Of a stretch of 64,000 bases of DNA, positions 38,693-51,915 are shown piece after piece. The position numbers and the translations under genes are program-made. Position 1 is the stretch's first letter. Each line of letters begins with the position of its first letter. The notes beneath the pieces were generated by a model. It saw only the letters and a program-made list of their open reading frames with translations. It was not told the origin of the DNA and did no database searches. Origin of the DNA: Phoronis australis (lineage: Eukaryota > Animalia > Phoronida); NCBI GenBank assembly GCA_002633005.1, contig NMRA01000484.1, positions 62,001-126,000 of the forward strand, written 5' to 3'.

Positions 38693-41651
38693 GTGAGTTT
38701 ACGTTTTACATTCTCTTATTAGCAAAATGACGCTATTGTCAGCTACTAATCAAATGACAAAGAGTAGCATTTGAATTGAAAGTTGACTTGTTATCAGGTG
38801 GTTGAGAGCTCGATAATCGTTACAACTTTCTAAGGAAGGTAACAGAAAATAACAGGATATGAATTTTTGCTACTTACGAGGGCCATTTAAAACCAGTCTC
38901 TAACGAGCGATTAAACAATGAAGTACTATTTAACGCAGCACATAAACACACTTTGTGTATCAATTCTGGGCAGGAGCAGGTAGTTGAGTGCGAAGAAACA
39001 TGTGGTTTGTGGGGAAAGATATGTGTGAAATTTTAGCTTGCAACCTCAGAAAAGAGAATGTTGTTTAAAATTAGAGAAAGCGCCCATAAAACTTATCAGG
39101 AAAGATGACCGTCTACCCTACCTGTTTGTACAGTGTAGCACTTACATGTACATTGCGAATCTTACACGAGTCTTAGGTTTACGACCTGGGCAAAACCTCT
39201 TGAATACTGAATTACCCTTGAGACAGCAAAGCTAGACAGCCTCACTGCATTTCCTGAGTTGGGGTTCGTCTCCGTTTGAATGAAGTTGGATATGTAATTC
39301 GTCGCCGGAGATGGGTTCGTTTAGACTGGGAGTACGTACATGTACAGTTGCGACAACCGATTTGTCAATCACAACCTTGTCACTTAACGGAACTCCGACA
39401 TTGTTTGGTTGCCGCGTGTTTGGTTGTCTTAGTGTTTGTCAGAAGATAAAATATATTAAGGCGTATGGATTTCTTCTTTGAACTATATTGTGATTCGCCC
39501 ATGCAATATCAAAACATTATGTACTCCTTATTATTAACCACTGGTGTCATGTGAGAAAGTCTACAATTTTCATTCTATAGAAATCATCCATTCAAGTGAA
39601 AAACATAACTGGATCATTTGCATGGATACGTAATTTAACAGGTTATGTGAAACCTCATCAAAATTTTGGGTGTTTGGCTAAAAAGTGTAACGTCTGTTAA
39701 AATTGATTAATACAAACTACCACTGACTGAGTATCTGGTATAATTTAGCAAGATCGAGGAAGGTATATTCGAAAAATAAAAATCCTTCCAAAGTGGAACA
39801 TTTTAAAACGATTCCCAACAGCTGTTTCAAGAATAATGGAATGTAAGTTACTCATTCAGTTGTAGCATTATGCAAATCAAAATCAACTGTACATAGAAAG
39901 TCCAGGAGTCTGTTTATTTTGATTTGCGTTCGCTGTTTAACGAACAGTGCATAGATGATGTGGGAGTTTTATTTCAATTTGACTGTCATTTCAAAGATAG
40001 GCCTACGATGTTTAGAACTTAGCAAAATTTGGACATTTTTCTAGGATCACATTAAACATGGGTTCTGACTATAAATTTTGAATCCAACTTCTTGTATGTT
40101 TCTAGGAAAAGACAGCAGCGTGCATCACCCTGGATATGTTCAATCGGAAAAAACGGTAAAATTAAATGAAATATTGTACAATAATTAATGCAATATTGAT
40201 ATTTGATCAATTTCAAACATGTCAGATAGAAATTAGACCATGAGTTCAAATTAACCCCATAGCCAATGCACACAAAATATCTCCAAATCATCCCAACGGA
40301 AGTTCTTATCGAGCTTATTTCCGTGTGTCCCTTTTTGCAATGGCTGAAGACATACATGTAGAAGACTCTCAGTTCTTTCTCCGCCAGCCCAGTGATCATT
40401 TCTGAACTGAGTAAGAAACACATAAGATCAATTTTTACACCGGAAAGTGGCATGAATAAAACTTGATTTTGTCGCGAAAGAAAGCTTGTCTGGGGGTTGG
40501 GTGCCACCTTAACTTAAATAAAACTTTCCGAGATTCCATACAATTTAAGAATGTCGTGTTTTGTTTTGATCATGTAACAAGAGCGGAGGGAATCGATCGT
40601 GCTCGGGAACACAAAACTGGCAATTTTAACTTATAGCAAACCTATTGCTTTAGAGAGCATGGTACTACTCTAATTCCACTAGAAACAGTTACCAAGAATC
40701 TCAACGCCACTACCACAGACTACGGTGTTGGCGACTCAGTTATAGGAGAATTATGATAGTCTAACTTAATTGAAAACGGCTAATCTGCCTGTCCGAGCGC
40801 AAGAGTATAACACGATTTTTATCTTTCGGACAATCTGGTTGAACCAGAGTTCAACCGAAAGCCCAAAACGTGTCAAATACCAGTTGGTAGCTACAAGTAT
40901 ACATATTAAAGCGACACTGTTGATTTGGTGGATTATTCGTTGGGTTTACTTCCTCCTTAAATGCAAATGGGCGGAAGGTCACTAACAGAGGTCCTGGATT
41001 TTTTGTGGAGTTCTTTGCAATCTGATTTGTTTCCTCAACATTTCTATAGCGTGTGGACGAAGTGCATGTTCCCGAATGCCAATTTTATGTTTAACAACTG
41101 TGTAAACTGCTTTTTGACGAAAGTACAATTTCATGTGAAATTGAATAACACTTCCGCTTCGTAACGTTCTATTAAGTCTGTGTGTATCTGTTTAGGATAA
41201 GTAAAACCAATTGGTTTAAATCTGACGGGTGTAAAACTTTCCCACCTGTAAACAATCTGACTGAGACTCCAGCAGCCGATTTCCTAAAGGTTGTTAAAAT
41301 TAAACCTGGTTTAAACTGGACTTAGAGCCGGTTTAAAGATAATCCGTAGTTCATAAAGAGGTGGTTTAACTTTTAAACCAGTGGTCTTGTAAAACCTGGT
41401 TTAACTCCAGTTTAGATCTGGTCTAAGTCACTTTTCACTTAAACAACGAGGTTTATATTCTTTAGACCTGTATTAAGATCTTAAACCAGGTTTAACTTTA
41501 GACCTGGTCAGTCCCAGGCTTAACACTGACACAGACTTGTCGCATGTTATAGGTGAATGATATAACGTGGTGTGCATTTACGACTTAGTTTTAGAGCGAG
41601 AATGGACTATTCTCAATTTTCAGTTTAGTGGCGACACAACACCAAACGTAG

Positions 41652-41790
41652 CAGGGGCGGATCCATGATTTTTAAGGGGGATCAAGGATTTTTAAATAGG
41701 GGCAACCATGTCAAAATTTTGAAAATTATAGATTTGTTATCACTAACATCAAGGGAAAAAGGGTTCCGGACCCCCTTGGATCCGCCTATG
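41652..41790. mobile_element. Short MITE, copy 1
   Basis: CAGGGGCGGATCC...GGATCCGCCTATG flanked by CGTAG/CGTAG. Confidence 0.8.
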
Positions 41791-42646
41791 CGTAGACCAG
41801 TGCGTGTTACAGGGCGTCCTTCGGATTCCTGTGAATACGACTGGTCGAACATGGCGTCATCGTCGTAAGCGCCAAGGGTTGACTGAAGACGGCATCTGCT
41901 GATTCTTCTGACCGAGTTCCACCACCAGTGGTCTCCTATTTAATGGTGCCAGACAGGGGTCCTGCCCCCCATATGGCCGCAAAAATAAACACTAAATTGA
42001 CACGAACACAAGTTCGGGCACTTATTATGTTTCGGCTAATCTTGAGCATGTACTGTAATGTGTGCACGTGTGTTGGACACGGACATTACATTTTTCCTCA
42101 TGAGAAAAGCTTTTACACTTTTTTTGCAAATGTCTGCATTGATTCTACTACTGTGTGCCATTGTGTGCCTCCATGATCAAGGTTTCATTGAAGCAATTCA
42201 ATAGTTTCTTTGTTGGGTTAATCCAGAACAACACAGTAGGGTGGCTTGGATACGTTAAACCCAGTCGATTTGATTGGGCTGATTAAAAGTAAAACCTGGT
42301 TTATACTTGATTATACCATGTTTTAAGATAATCTGCATTCCATAAAGGTGGTTCAACTTTTAACCCAGTGGTTTAGTAAAACCTTGTTTAACTCCAGCTT
42401 AGACATGGTTAGAGTCAGTTTTCATTTCACCAACGAATTATATACTGTCTAGACCTTTATTAAGATCTGAAACCAGGTGTAACTTTAGACGTGATCATAA
42501 CCAAGTTTAATACAGTTAAATATGACAGACTTGCACGATATAGGTGCAAATGAATGATGCCGCGGTGTGTATTTATGACGCTGTTTTAGAGTTAGAATGG
42601 ATTATTTTCAATTTTCTCTTTTACAAATACACATAACCAAACGTAG

Positions 42647-42800
42647 CAGGGGTGGATCCAAGATTATTTAAAGGGGATATCAGATCAAAGTTTTTTTTTT
42701 GGAGGGAACCAAGTCAAAAATTTGAAAATCAAAGGTTTGATAGCACTAAAATCAAGTGAAAAGGGGATCTGAACCCCTCGACCCCCCCGATCCGCTTATG
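42647..42800. mobile_element. Short MITE, copy 2
   Basis: CAGGGGTGGATCC...GATCCGCTTATG flanked by CGTAG/CGTAG. Confidence 0.8.
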
Positions 42801-43946
42801 CGTAGACCAGTACGTGTTGCAGGGTGTCCTTCGGATTCCTCAGAATTCGACTGGTTGAACAGTGCATCATCGTCGTAAGCGCTACGGGTTTCACTGAGGA
42901 CGGAATCTTCTGATTCGTTTGGCAGAGTACCACCTCCATTAGTCACCGATTTAAGGTTGTCGGGCAGGGATTCTGCCTCCACATTTAGCCGTGAAAAATA
43001 AACGCTAAAATCACACGGAAAAAAATTTGAGCATTTGTTATGCCGCGGGAAATCGTGAGTATTTGCACAGACATTACAAAATGAAAAGTTTCTCCTGATG
43101 ATATCCTATAGCCAACACCATTTTTCACACTCACGTCGCTTTGGCAAACCTCTCTAATATATGATAATATGTCAAAAGTGGGATATTTAGATGGTGTTGC
43201 GCGAGGGAGGAAAAAATGAGAGCGGGGCAATTATCTGGTTTGATGACTAAACTTGCCGAGAAATCACTGATTGCATAGAATCGTACCTCTAGTTTCCCAT
43301 TTGATGAATTATATTAATAAAGTGAAAATGAAGCAATGACATTAGGTTTGATTTGATAAGTACAATTCTCGACCAAAACTCAATCGAGCAGGCACCCGGA
43401 AACTCTCAATGCAAACTCTCGCAGCTGGTCTCGGGCTCGCAAGCTCCAGTAATATAATACATAGGTCACGAGCGGAAGCTGGTATTTCAGGGCAGAGATC
43501 TATGATACAAGAAGTTCAACTCGCCAGCATGCTGTAAGGATTTACCTCGTCAGATAAATGTGTGAGACACTCATCTCGCGAGGCAAAATTCCCAAAATTC
43601 GTTTAAGCGCAAAAGTGAGTTGTGTTTTGCGCTCGTTTGCATTCGAGGCTCATACATGTAGATCTGCGTCGGTGTTGGGCACTAGTCTCTCAAGTTCATC
43701 GCGTAACCAACTTGCTGTCTTCATTACTAGTGGTAATGTTTGTGGACCTGAAATGAAGGATAACAGCAGTGTTGGAACGATTTACTGAAGCATTTTAATC
43801 ACCGTTTCGCAGCATGGTGAGCCCCATGACTGAAGCATCCCCTGCTAGCATGATCAACTAATAGCAGTTAATATAGTCACATCTCGATAAAAAAAAAACA
43901 ATTCTAGCTTAGTTTGTGGGGATAAAAAGTATCGTTTTTTGTTAAG

Positions 43947-43988
43947 AGTTTCCGACAACTGGACTGGAGGATACGCCAACAAACACAG
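43947..43988 (+). CDS. Candidate 42-nt phase 1-1 micro-exon of the TIR gene
   Basis: tttttgttaAG|(E)FPTTGLEDTPTNT|GTGACT; frame-preserving, same ACAG|GTGACT donor context as the 38668 donor. AAG acceptor is weak. Confidence 0.3.
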
Positions 43989-46897
43989 GTGACTAGATTT
44001 AATTACCTGTTGATTGAATTTATCTGATCAACATGTGTTAGAACTCAATTTAAAATTTTCAATGACATAGTTTCTTAACTCCGAATTCTTGTTCCAAAGA
44101 CGGCATTGGTTCATTAAAAAGTGAATGGACACGTACATGTACAGTATACAGTGTAACCGGTCTCAAAACATGTCTTTGAAGACAACCTGCAGGCAGAACA
44201 CTTAGAAACTCAAATTAGCCTATGGAAGTTTGAAAACAAAACGCTGTATGTGTTAGTACTATGAGTGCCTCGTGAAGCAGAAGATAATACGTCTGTTCTT
44301 CACTACTGATCGGGTTGATTCGCCTGTGTGTTTGCAATATTTTTCAACATTACTTATTTTCAGCAGTTATTCCTCAGTAGTTGGCATTATTCTTAAGTCA
44401 CGATCGGAATGCAAATTGCGTCAGTATTGAGACACGGCCTTTGAGGCCACAGAACAATTCTTGATTGGTTTTGCCTAGCAAAACACACACAACTGGACTT
44501 GTCGGAATTCGAATGTAAAGAGTGAAATGTTCGGAGAATTTTCCCTGCAAAATCCCTACAGATGAGCACATTTAACTTTATTGTGTCTAGTATTTTCGTA
44601 AACTTCGCTCCTTCTGGAAAGCAACGTGGGGTGAGAAAAAAGGGACAACAACATCAAATCGGCACTTTTCGCAGCGAAACCACCACTTAACTACTGTTAC
44701 ACGACGTAAGCCAACATTATATTATGAAAGCAAATTTCCTACAGATTCCAGAAATAAGACCCAAAAAGTAATATTAATTGACTTTTTGCAATGGCTGCTA
44801 GTTTGAGGAGTACCTGAAATCGCAGCAAATTTCTCAGTCGCTACCCACCAATGTACAAATGAAACAGGGGGTCGCGATCTTAAGGACGAGGACAGTTACA
44901 GCCGAGAAAGTGATCCCTTTCTTAAAATGTTCAAAAATTACATGCAACACATACCTTAAAACTGCCCCCAAGGAACTTGCTGTGTGTCAAAATGACTTAG
45001 ACTGTTAAGTGGAGCTAAATTGCATAGACCTAATTCAAGCGGCGGACATTAAAATCCAAAGTGAGGCTCACTGCGATAAACAAGCGGAAATTGACATTAC
45101 GTGAGTTAAATGGTCTGTTTTAGAGACCAACCTGCATATTTAATCTTAAAAATGTGTCGATAATTAACCACAGAGACGTAGAAAAACATTTTAGAGAACA
45201 AGTCAATGTACCAAAGAGCTTTCTGACGAAAGGGTATAAGTTATTTTTCGTAAAACTAGGTTTGAATTATGAAAAGTAAATATGACCAAACTTCGGATAT
45301 CGTGGTGTTACGGATTAGGCATTATGCTGAGTGCAGGGTTAAGTTTCTTCTAGTAAATTGTTGATATAAATGCTTCCTACACGAACCAGGTCATCTGCTT
45401 GCATTGTTGACGAGTTGAAGATATATTCGACATTGGTGACTCGTTGCATTGTGCTGTCATGTGCAAATAGTCACTTCTGGTTTACTTTGTTGATGAAGAA
45501 TGTTAACATCAAGCATATAAACTAGGTTCTCGTGAGGTAGGGACTAGCGGGACTATGCGTTGATTTGTCATTGATCTGAAAGAATAATCGATGTTATTAG
45601 ATATACTTTTACGAAAATAAAAAATAGTTACGTAATTGAAAATAACAATTATTTGACCATCAATAGCATGGTTTTACGTCTCGTGTGATAGATTTCAAAT
45701 ATCAATCTGGTCCAAGTTGAATTTTAAAATTGAAATACCTTATTCGTTCAATTTCGGTTAGCTGGACAAAGCAAGCATAGTTGTCATGCTTCTTCAGGGG
45801 CCTCGTTTATCCGAGGGGAAGGTGCTTGTGCTTTCTGAGAGATACTTTTTTTGCCGAGTGTGGGGAAAATCTACCTGCAAGGTCTTATAGGCTCTGTCTC
45901 AAGTAGTATTTTTGTGCTTTTTCAAAGTGTCACCTGTGTGGTTACGGGTGATTTGAACTTCAGACAGAACTTTTCAATCACTAGGGCATAGAATTTTTCC
46001 AGGTCTCGTGGGGTGAATTTCGGAGGATTTTTCAGTATTCTTTGAAGGGGAATAGGGCCGATAGTCGGCCCCAAAATCGAGAGATTGAGGGCCCTGTCCT
46101 TTTTGGAAAGAAAAATGCATCATGTTTCCACCCGTAGTCATAAAAACACAGCCAGGGTGGCCAAATATTCTCCGCCCGTCAGGCTGATGATGCTCGAAAA
46201 CCGAGATGCCACAAAATATGCTCTAACTTTTCGAACATACACTGTATATATAAATTTCCTTCCTCGCGGCGTGTGGCAGCAACCCAGCACTTCCGAATCT
46301 CAACGTGGTGAGGGATTGTAAAACAGACAAAGTTGAGTGTCCGTATTTTTTCAAGGCCTTTGAGCAACCCGGAATACAACCTGTAGGCCAATAAGCCAAA
46401 AGCTATCGTAGCGAGCCTCGTTTTGGAACCCGCCTCCTGTCGGCGTGAATTAGGTCTATACTACACTAAGAGTCTTGCATAAACGCATTGCAGAGTAACT
46501 TGTTTGCAGAGCCTGGAAATATCAAAAGTTCTTGAACACTGTTAATCACAGAATAAAGTGTGTAGGTCTAAATACCTCTTTGTATCTTGATATTTATCTG
46601 ATTTTCCATAAAGTGTCATGACCTTTGGTCATAGGCGGCGCACCATACTGGACTGTGCCGCCCATGGTCTATGGGTGCTGCACCACAGGGGGCAGATGGG
46701 CTATTGACCCACTTTTTAGGGCTTCGCCACCCACGTTGGTTACTGAAATTTCCAATAGACTAGGGTGACCGATGCCATTCGATAGCAGGAGGGTGATGAT
46801 GTGTTTCGTTTACGTCCACTGGTAGCGACTTCCACAGAATGTTACCCGCCATCTCGGGTGTCACCAGATGCACACTGCTATTTCGTGATATAGTCTG

Positions 46898-47786
46898 GGA
46901 TGGTACTGAAAACCCCTCGACCCCCTAAACCCCCACACCCTTTGACCCCATCGACCCACGACACCCTTGACCAACAACCCCGTCGACCCACGACCCATGG
47001 CCCACGACCTCCCCCTCTACCCACGAGGTATCTGTGCGCTTTTTACATATTTCATAGTCTTTATAGGTCGCTTGGCGACTTTCCCATAAAGACATACATG
47101 TACCTAAGTGCGAGTCTGCTCTGGCTCAAGACTGGTGATTGAAAACAGAAAGTGGCGTGAGAACGCCGGTGGTCTCGAATAACGCAATGTGAGCGCGCTA
47201 TCGATGTCGCGGAAATAGTTCCACGAGCAGCTATGAACGGTACAGCTCTAATAAACTTAGGGAGAGAGTACGTTAACGTGAATGTACATAATTTCATATT
47301 TTTTATTATTTGCTTTATACTTGATACTCGTTTAAAATACACACCACATAACGTTGAAATACTTTTAAGTTAAAAGTTTGTTTCTTCAAACTGTATTTAC
47401 TGGTGAAATTACAATTTTGTCGATTCCTCGCACTCCGCAATTCACTGATGAGCAGACGAGACGATTGCAATCTGCCGGAAACGTCATTTGTAAGATTGGC
47501 AGGTCTTTCATTTGATTAGGTCGTGTTCTTTTTTTCCGTTTTTGGCTTTCAAACTTGCCGAATCGACTGCTTTAGTTGCAAAAACGGAAAAGCCAGCCAA
47601 GGTAACGCCCAACTCATTGGTCCTACAAGTCACCATTTGTTGTACATGTATGTTCATATCAAGTCGAGCTTGTTTTGACTGGGTCGACGGGGTTCTGTGT
47701 GGTGGGTCGAAGGGGTTATGAGCAGAGGGGGTCGTGGGCTAAGGGGGTCAAATGGTGTGGGGGTCGAGGGTGCTTTAGAACAATCC
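46898..47786. mobile_element. MULE-like MITE with C-rich subterminal repeats
   Basis: GGATGGTACTGAAAACCCCTCGACCCC vs inverted GGATTGTTCTAAAGCACCCTCGACCCC; 9-bp TSD TATAGTCTG/TATTGTCTG; related motif at 461-505. Confidence 0.85.
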
Positions 47787-50600
47787 TATTGTCTGTGTCC
47801 CACAACGCAAAGACATCATTCATGCTCTCAAAACTGCTTAAAAGCATCCAACATTTTCTTGCCCAATGAAAATGGAAATGCTTCTTAATGTAACAAATCA
47901 TCCAGTCAAAAGCCAATCTAGTTTTGACAGTAATAACGAAATATAAGAGTATAAGATATTTATGACAATGATATATATCTTGATTAAAGTAAAATATCAA
48001 CCACAGTAATACATGTACACAATAGATCCACACAATTCCCGACGCTGACACATAAGCTATCTAATGTTGTTAATTAAGTAGGGTGTATTGAATGAAACGC
48101 ATCATACAATTTACGGATGTGTATTGGCATGACTGATCGGATTTTGAAACTTAGACTTAATGAAACATTCCAAGGATAAACAGAGTTCTGTCAACAGCCA
48201 TAATTCTTGACAATGTTAGAATTTTAGATCAAGATGCTTGTAAATTCCGTCTGTTTTTATAGAAAGTTTCAAAATAATAGAACACAAGCCCTAGCTCAAA
48301 AGATTGTCGCCATCATATGACATCCAGACATTCACTGTAATTTTACATCCATACCCATACCAAAAAAGGCCTTCCTGCAAACACTTGCCACAAGTTTGCC
48401 GCAAAGTTGCCGCAAGCTTGTTGTAAAATTTTCTGCAAAACAGCTGCAAACACATGGAATCATCTCTGACCAAAGAGTGGATGCAAATTTCCTGCAACCC
48501 AGCCGCAAACATTGCTGCAAGCTTGCCGCATGCTTGCCGCAAATATGCAGTAAATTTTACCTTGTAAATGAAGTTTGCCGCAAGCTTCCTGCAAACATCT
48601 TTACGTCCTTATATGGAACAGTTTCTATAACCCATCTGCATACATTGCTGCAAGCTTTCCGCAATTATCTTCATAGGGTTATATAGAAGTTTCTGCGAAC
48701 CACCTGAAAAAAGATTGCTGCAGGACTACAACATAATACTTGAATTGTGGCATTAATAATTTAATGTAGAAATGTCATTGGCAAATAAAGTTATTGTATG
48801 CCCGCTTGTTAAAACAAGAAAATACAGAATCAGCTGCATACTGGATTTAACATGATTGTTTTCAATCTAATGTATAATGACTGGAAATGGATCCAAAATC
48901 ACTTGACAATGAATAACAGAAACTATAAAAGTGTCTACACTGGCAATTTGTAATACTACTTGTATTACAATCAAAATTTTTTCTAAAGAGAACAACTTGA
49001 ATGTATGCAAACCTTAATTACAATGTACCAAGAAGTTTTATTTTTAACGCACGACAAAGTCTATGGTAATTTCAACATTGATATCATTTACCTGACTAAA
49101 CTAACAACAGCAACACAGAGCGTTGCAATGCGCCCACGGCCGCACCACCAACGGGGTGTTTATTACCACTGAAAATGGCGCAAAATATGTCGAATACCAG
49201 TGGAGAAAACTATGAAATCAGACTCTTCCTCCGTGGAAAGGCATACTTAGAACAGCATGCCGAGCACATTTAAGTATTTTATTTTAAATTATCTCATTAC
49301 TTATCAACTGAAAAAATCACTCTTAACAATTATAAACGTATTTATTCTTCCAATCTGTCTAATACTTCATTGATTCCTATTTTTGCTTCTCAATATGGTT
49401 TCATGAAGCACCAGTCTACCGAATGGATTATTGTTGAACTTGTATGTTGAAATTTGCAATATTTCGACTATAGGGATATCATCCAGCAGCAACATTCATT
49501 TATCGAAGGCATCAAATCTAAATTACACCTTTCCATTCTACAATATTACCATGGTGTTGAAAAGAACAATTACAGAGGTAAATGTCAAGTTATAGTCATA
49601 CTAGTAGACGTTCTAAGCACATTCTACTCCAGACTAATCTGCATTACAACAATCACTGGACAGGTGTTGCATAGGGATCATGGGATGATCGCTCCAATTT
49701 TCTTCCTTCATTGTTCTAACCAACCGTGAGATGCTGTGTATGCCGTTTGTTCCGGTATTTTCAACTCAAACTTGTTGCCTCACAACCTCTGCTGTGTGCC
49801 TGGCTTTCATCAAGTACATTATGTCGTTCAATATTCATATACCTAAATATGAATGCTATTTCACTTTCCATAAAAAGGCATTTGTGGTAGCAATATTAGA
49901 ATCTCAATTACGTATTTAACCGAAATTTGCTCTTGCTTATGTATGAACCGACAGTTGAACTTGTGTTCAGTTAACCAGTATGACTGCAGAGACTGAGAGC
50001 TGGCATATGACTGAAGGTGATGGCAGTTAAAACATCTAGAGGTAGTTAATATACAAGTATGCAAATCTTAGTTTGTGCCCAATACTTGCCGTGCATTAAA
50101 CCAAAATAAAAATTAAATTTGGTGTTCCCTCCTGTGAATTAAACAGTCAGCGAGTGATGTTAAAATTCACACAGAATTAAGTTTTACTGTCTCAAGTTAA
50201 GTGATTAATTAGAAAGTCTGGTTACATGTAACTTGACAAGGTTTTGGAAACATATTTGGTTCTGGTCTCAACCCAGACTCATTTTGAAATCTGTGCTATA
50301 CTTTTACCAAAACCATCATAACCTTCAATTTGGCTGAATCAGTTAGAAAAGCAACTTCCTTTTGTTAGTAAGACCAAAACTACTGATTCATGAATGAAAT
50401 CTAAGTACTTAACAATCACATCAAAATAAATACAAATTTAAAATCAAAACTCACATCCATACAGCTCTTTAGTTATCCATGTAGAGTCTATGCTGTACGT
50501 AACCTTGACAACCACATGCTTTCCTTGATAACAGTCCCACCAGTTCAACATGTTGCTGGGTTAGCATAAATACTGTAATTTAAATAAACAATCAACTCCC

Positions 50601-51611
50601 CTAATATATTCCGAGAAGTGGAGGTCCGACTTGTAAACAATCATTGAGTGACGGTCTATTTGGATCGGGTTTACAACTACAGTCGTATACTAAGCGAACA
50701 GGTGTTGTTTTGGAGTCGGGTCTAATGACAGGTCGGTGGGGGATGAAATGTCCGTTGCGATCACTTGAGGCTGGCTCAATGATACCTTTTGTCAACTGTT
50801 GCTCAATGAGGCTTTGGCATTGTCTACGTATTTCGGGGTCCAAGTGTTTCACCATGGCGCGTGTACGGGAGTAGCAGATGCCATAATTAGTAGGGAGAGG
50901 TGGATGATCTGATTTCCATGGCAACTTGACTTCATACTGGTCAGAGGTTTTCGTGATTGAGTCATAGAACAAATTTAGATTGTCGTCTTTAGCGGTTTCA
51001 TCTTGTTTAATGCCAATGTCCTCTAATTTCCAATACCTTTCTAGATTGGGCGGATTTGTCTGTGTGGACAGGAAATTGACTGAGGTTTGAGGGTTATCTG
51101 TGTTGGAGTTGAGGGGGCCCGAAATGAGGTATCCTAGGGAGGAGCTTACGGCTACTGGCCCGGTGCCGCGTACTACTTTGTCATGCACAAAGTTCCAATA
51201 TTGGTCAGCACCAATGAGGATATTGACCTCGAAGGAGCCATCTTGAGATGGGCTGTGCGCAAGACGGAGACCCTTGAGGTGTCTACATTGCCTGAGGCTC
51301 GACACATCGATTTGTAATGGGGTGGTAACCCGAGGTACTACGACTACTTCAACGGGTTTACAGTCACCATTGAGGGTCGACACGAATACGGTGGTGACGT
51401 CATAGGTCTGGGTAGACTGGGAGGTTGCCCCGAATGTGGTTACACGAATGTCTTCCGTGTGCGTGGGCTTCAAATTCAACTGGAAGGCCAGTGCGGATGT
51501 GATGAAGGATCGCTGTGCACCTTCATCAAACAAAATGTTGGTCGTAGCAGGTGGGGACTTTCCGTTGCTAACGGATGCGGTGGCAGTCTTCAGCAGTACT
51601 ATGGTGTTAGA
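50601..51611 (-). pseudogene. BEL/Pao LTR retrotransposon pol fragment (aspartic protease + start of RT)
   Basis: VLLKTA..ILFDEGAQRSFIT, ILIGADQYW, YWKLEDIGI, YEVKLPWK, FIPHRPVIR..KTTPVRLVYDCS..SLNDCLQVGP; truncated near 50610. Confidence 0.9.
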
Positions 51612-51786
51612 NNNNNNNNNNNNNNNNNNNNNNNNNNNNNNNNNNNNNNNNNNNNNNNNNNNNNNNNNNNNNNNNNNNNNNNNNNNNNNNNNNNNNNNNN
51701 NNNNNNNNNNNNNNNNNNNNNNNNNNNNNNNNNNNNNNNNNNNNNNNNNNNNNNNNNNNNNNNNNNNNNNNNNNNNNNNNNNNNNN
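51612..51786. other. assembly gap (N run)
   Basis: Run of N. Confidence 1.
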
Positions 51787-51915
51787 TGTGGGATCCAAAA
51801 TGTGGGGTATTAGCGGGTTAACTAGATGAGGTGGCTCGATGTGCTGAGCAGAGAGCTGATAGAGAGCGTCTTAATGCTTCGATATATTTAATCAAACTGA
51901 GTCCTACACGATACA
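51787..51915 (-). mobile_element. Possible 3' end of the BEL 5' LTR plus PBS-like start
   Basis: Minus strand ...ATTAAA...TACCCCACA|TTTTGGATCCC resembles an LTR end (ACA) followed by TTTTGG. Confidence 0.35.

Larger units (their letters stand above)
41273..43078. repeat. ~990-bp diverged tandem duplication (41273-42095 / 42262-43078)
   Basis: Both copies carry an AAACCTGGTTTA-rich repeat, a MITE at the same site and an exon-like segment. Confidence 0.85.
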
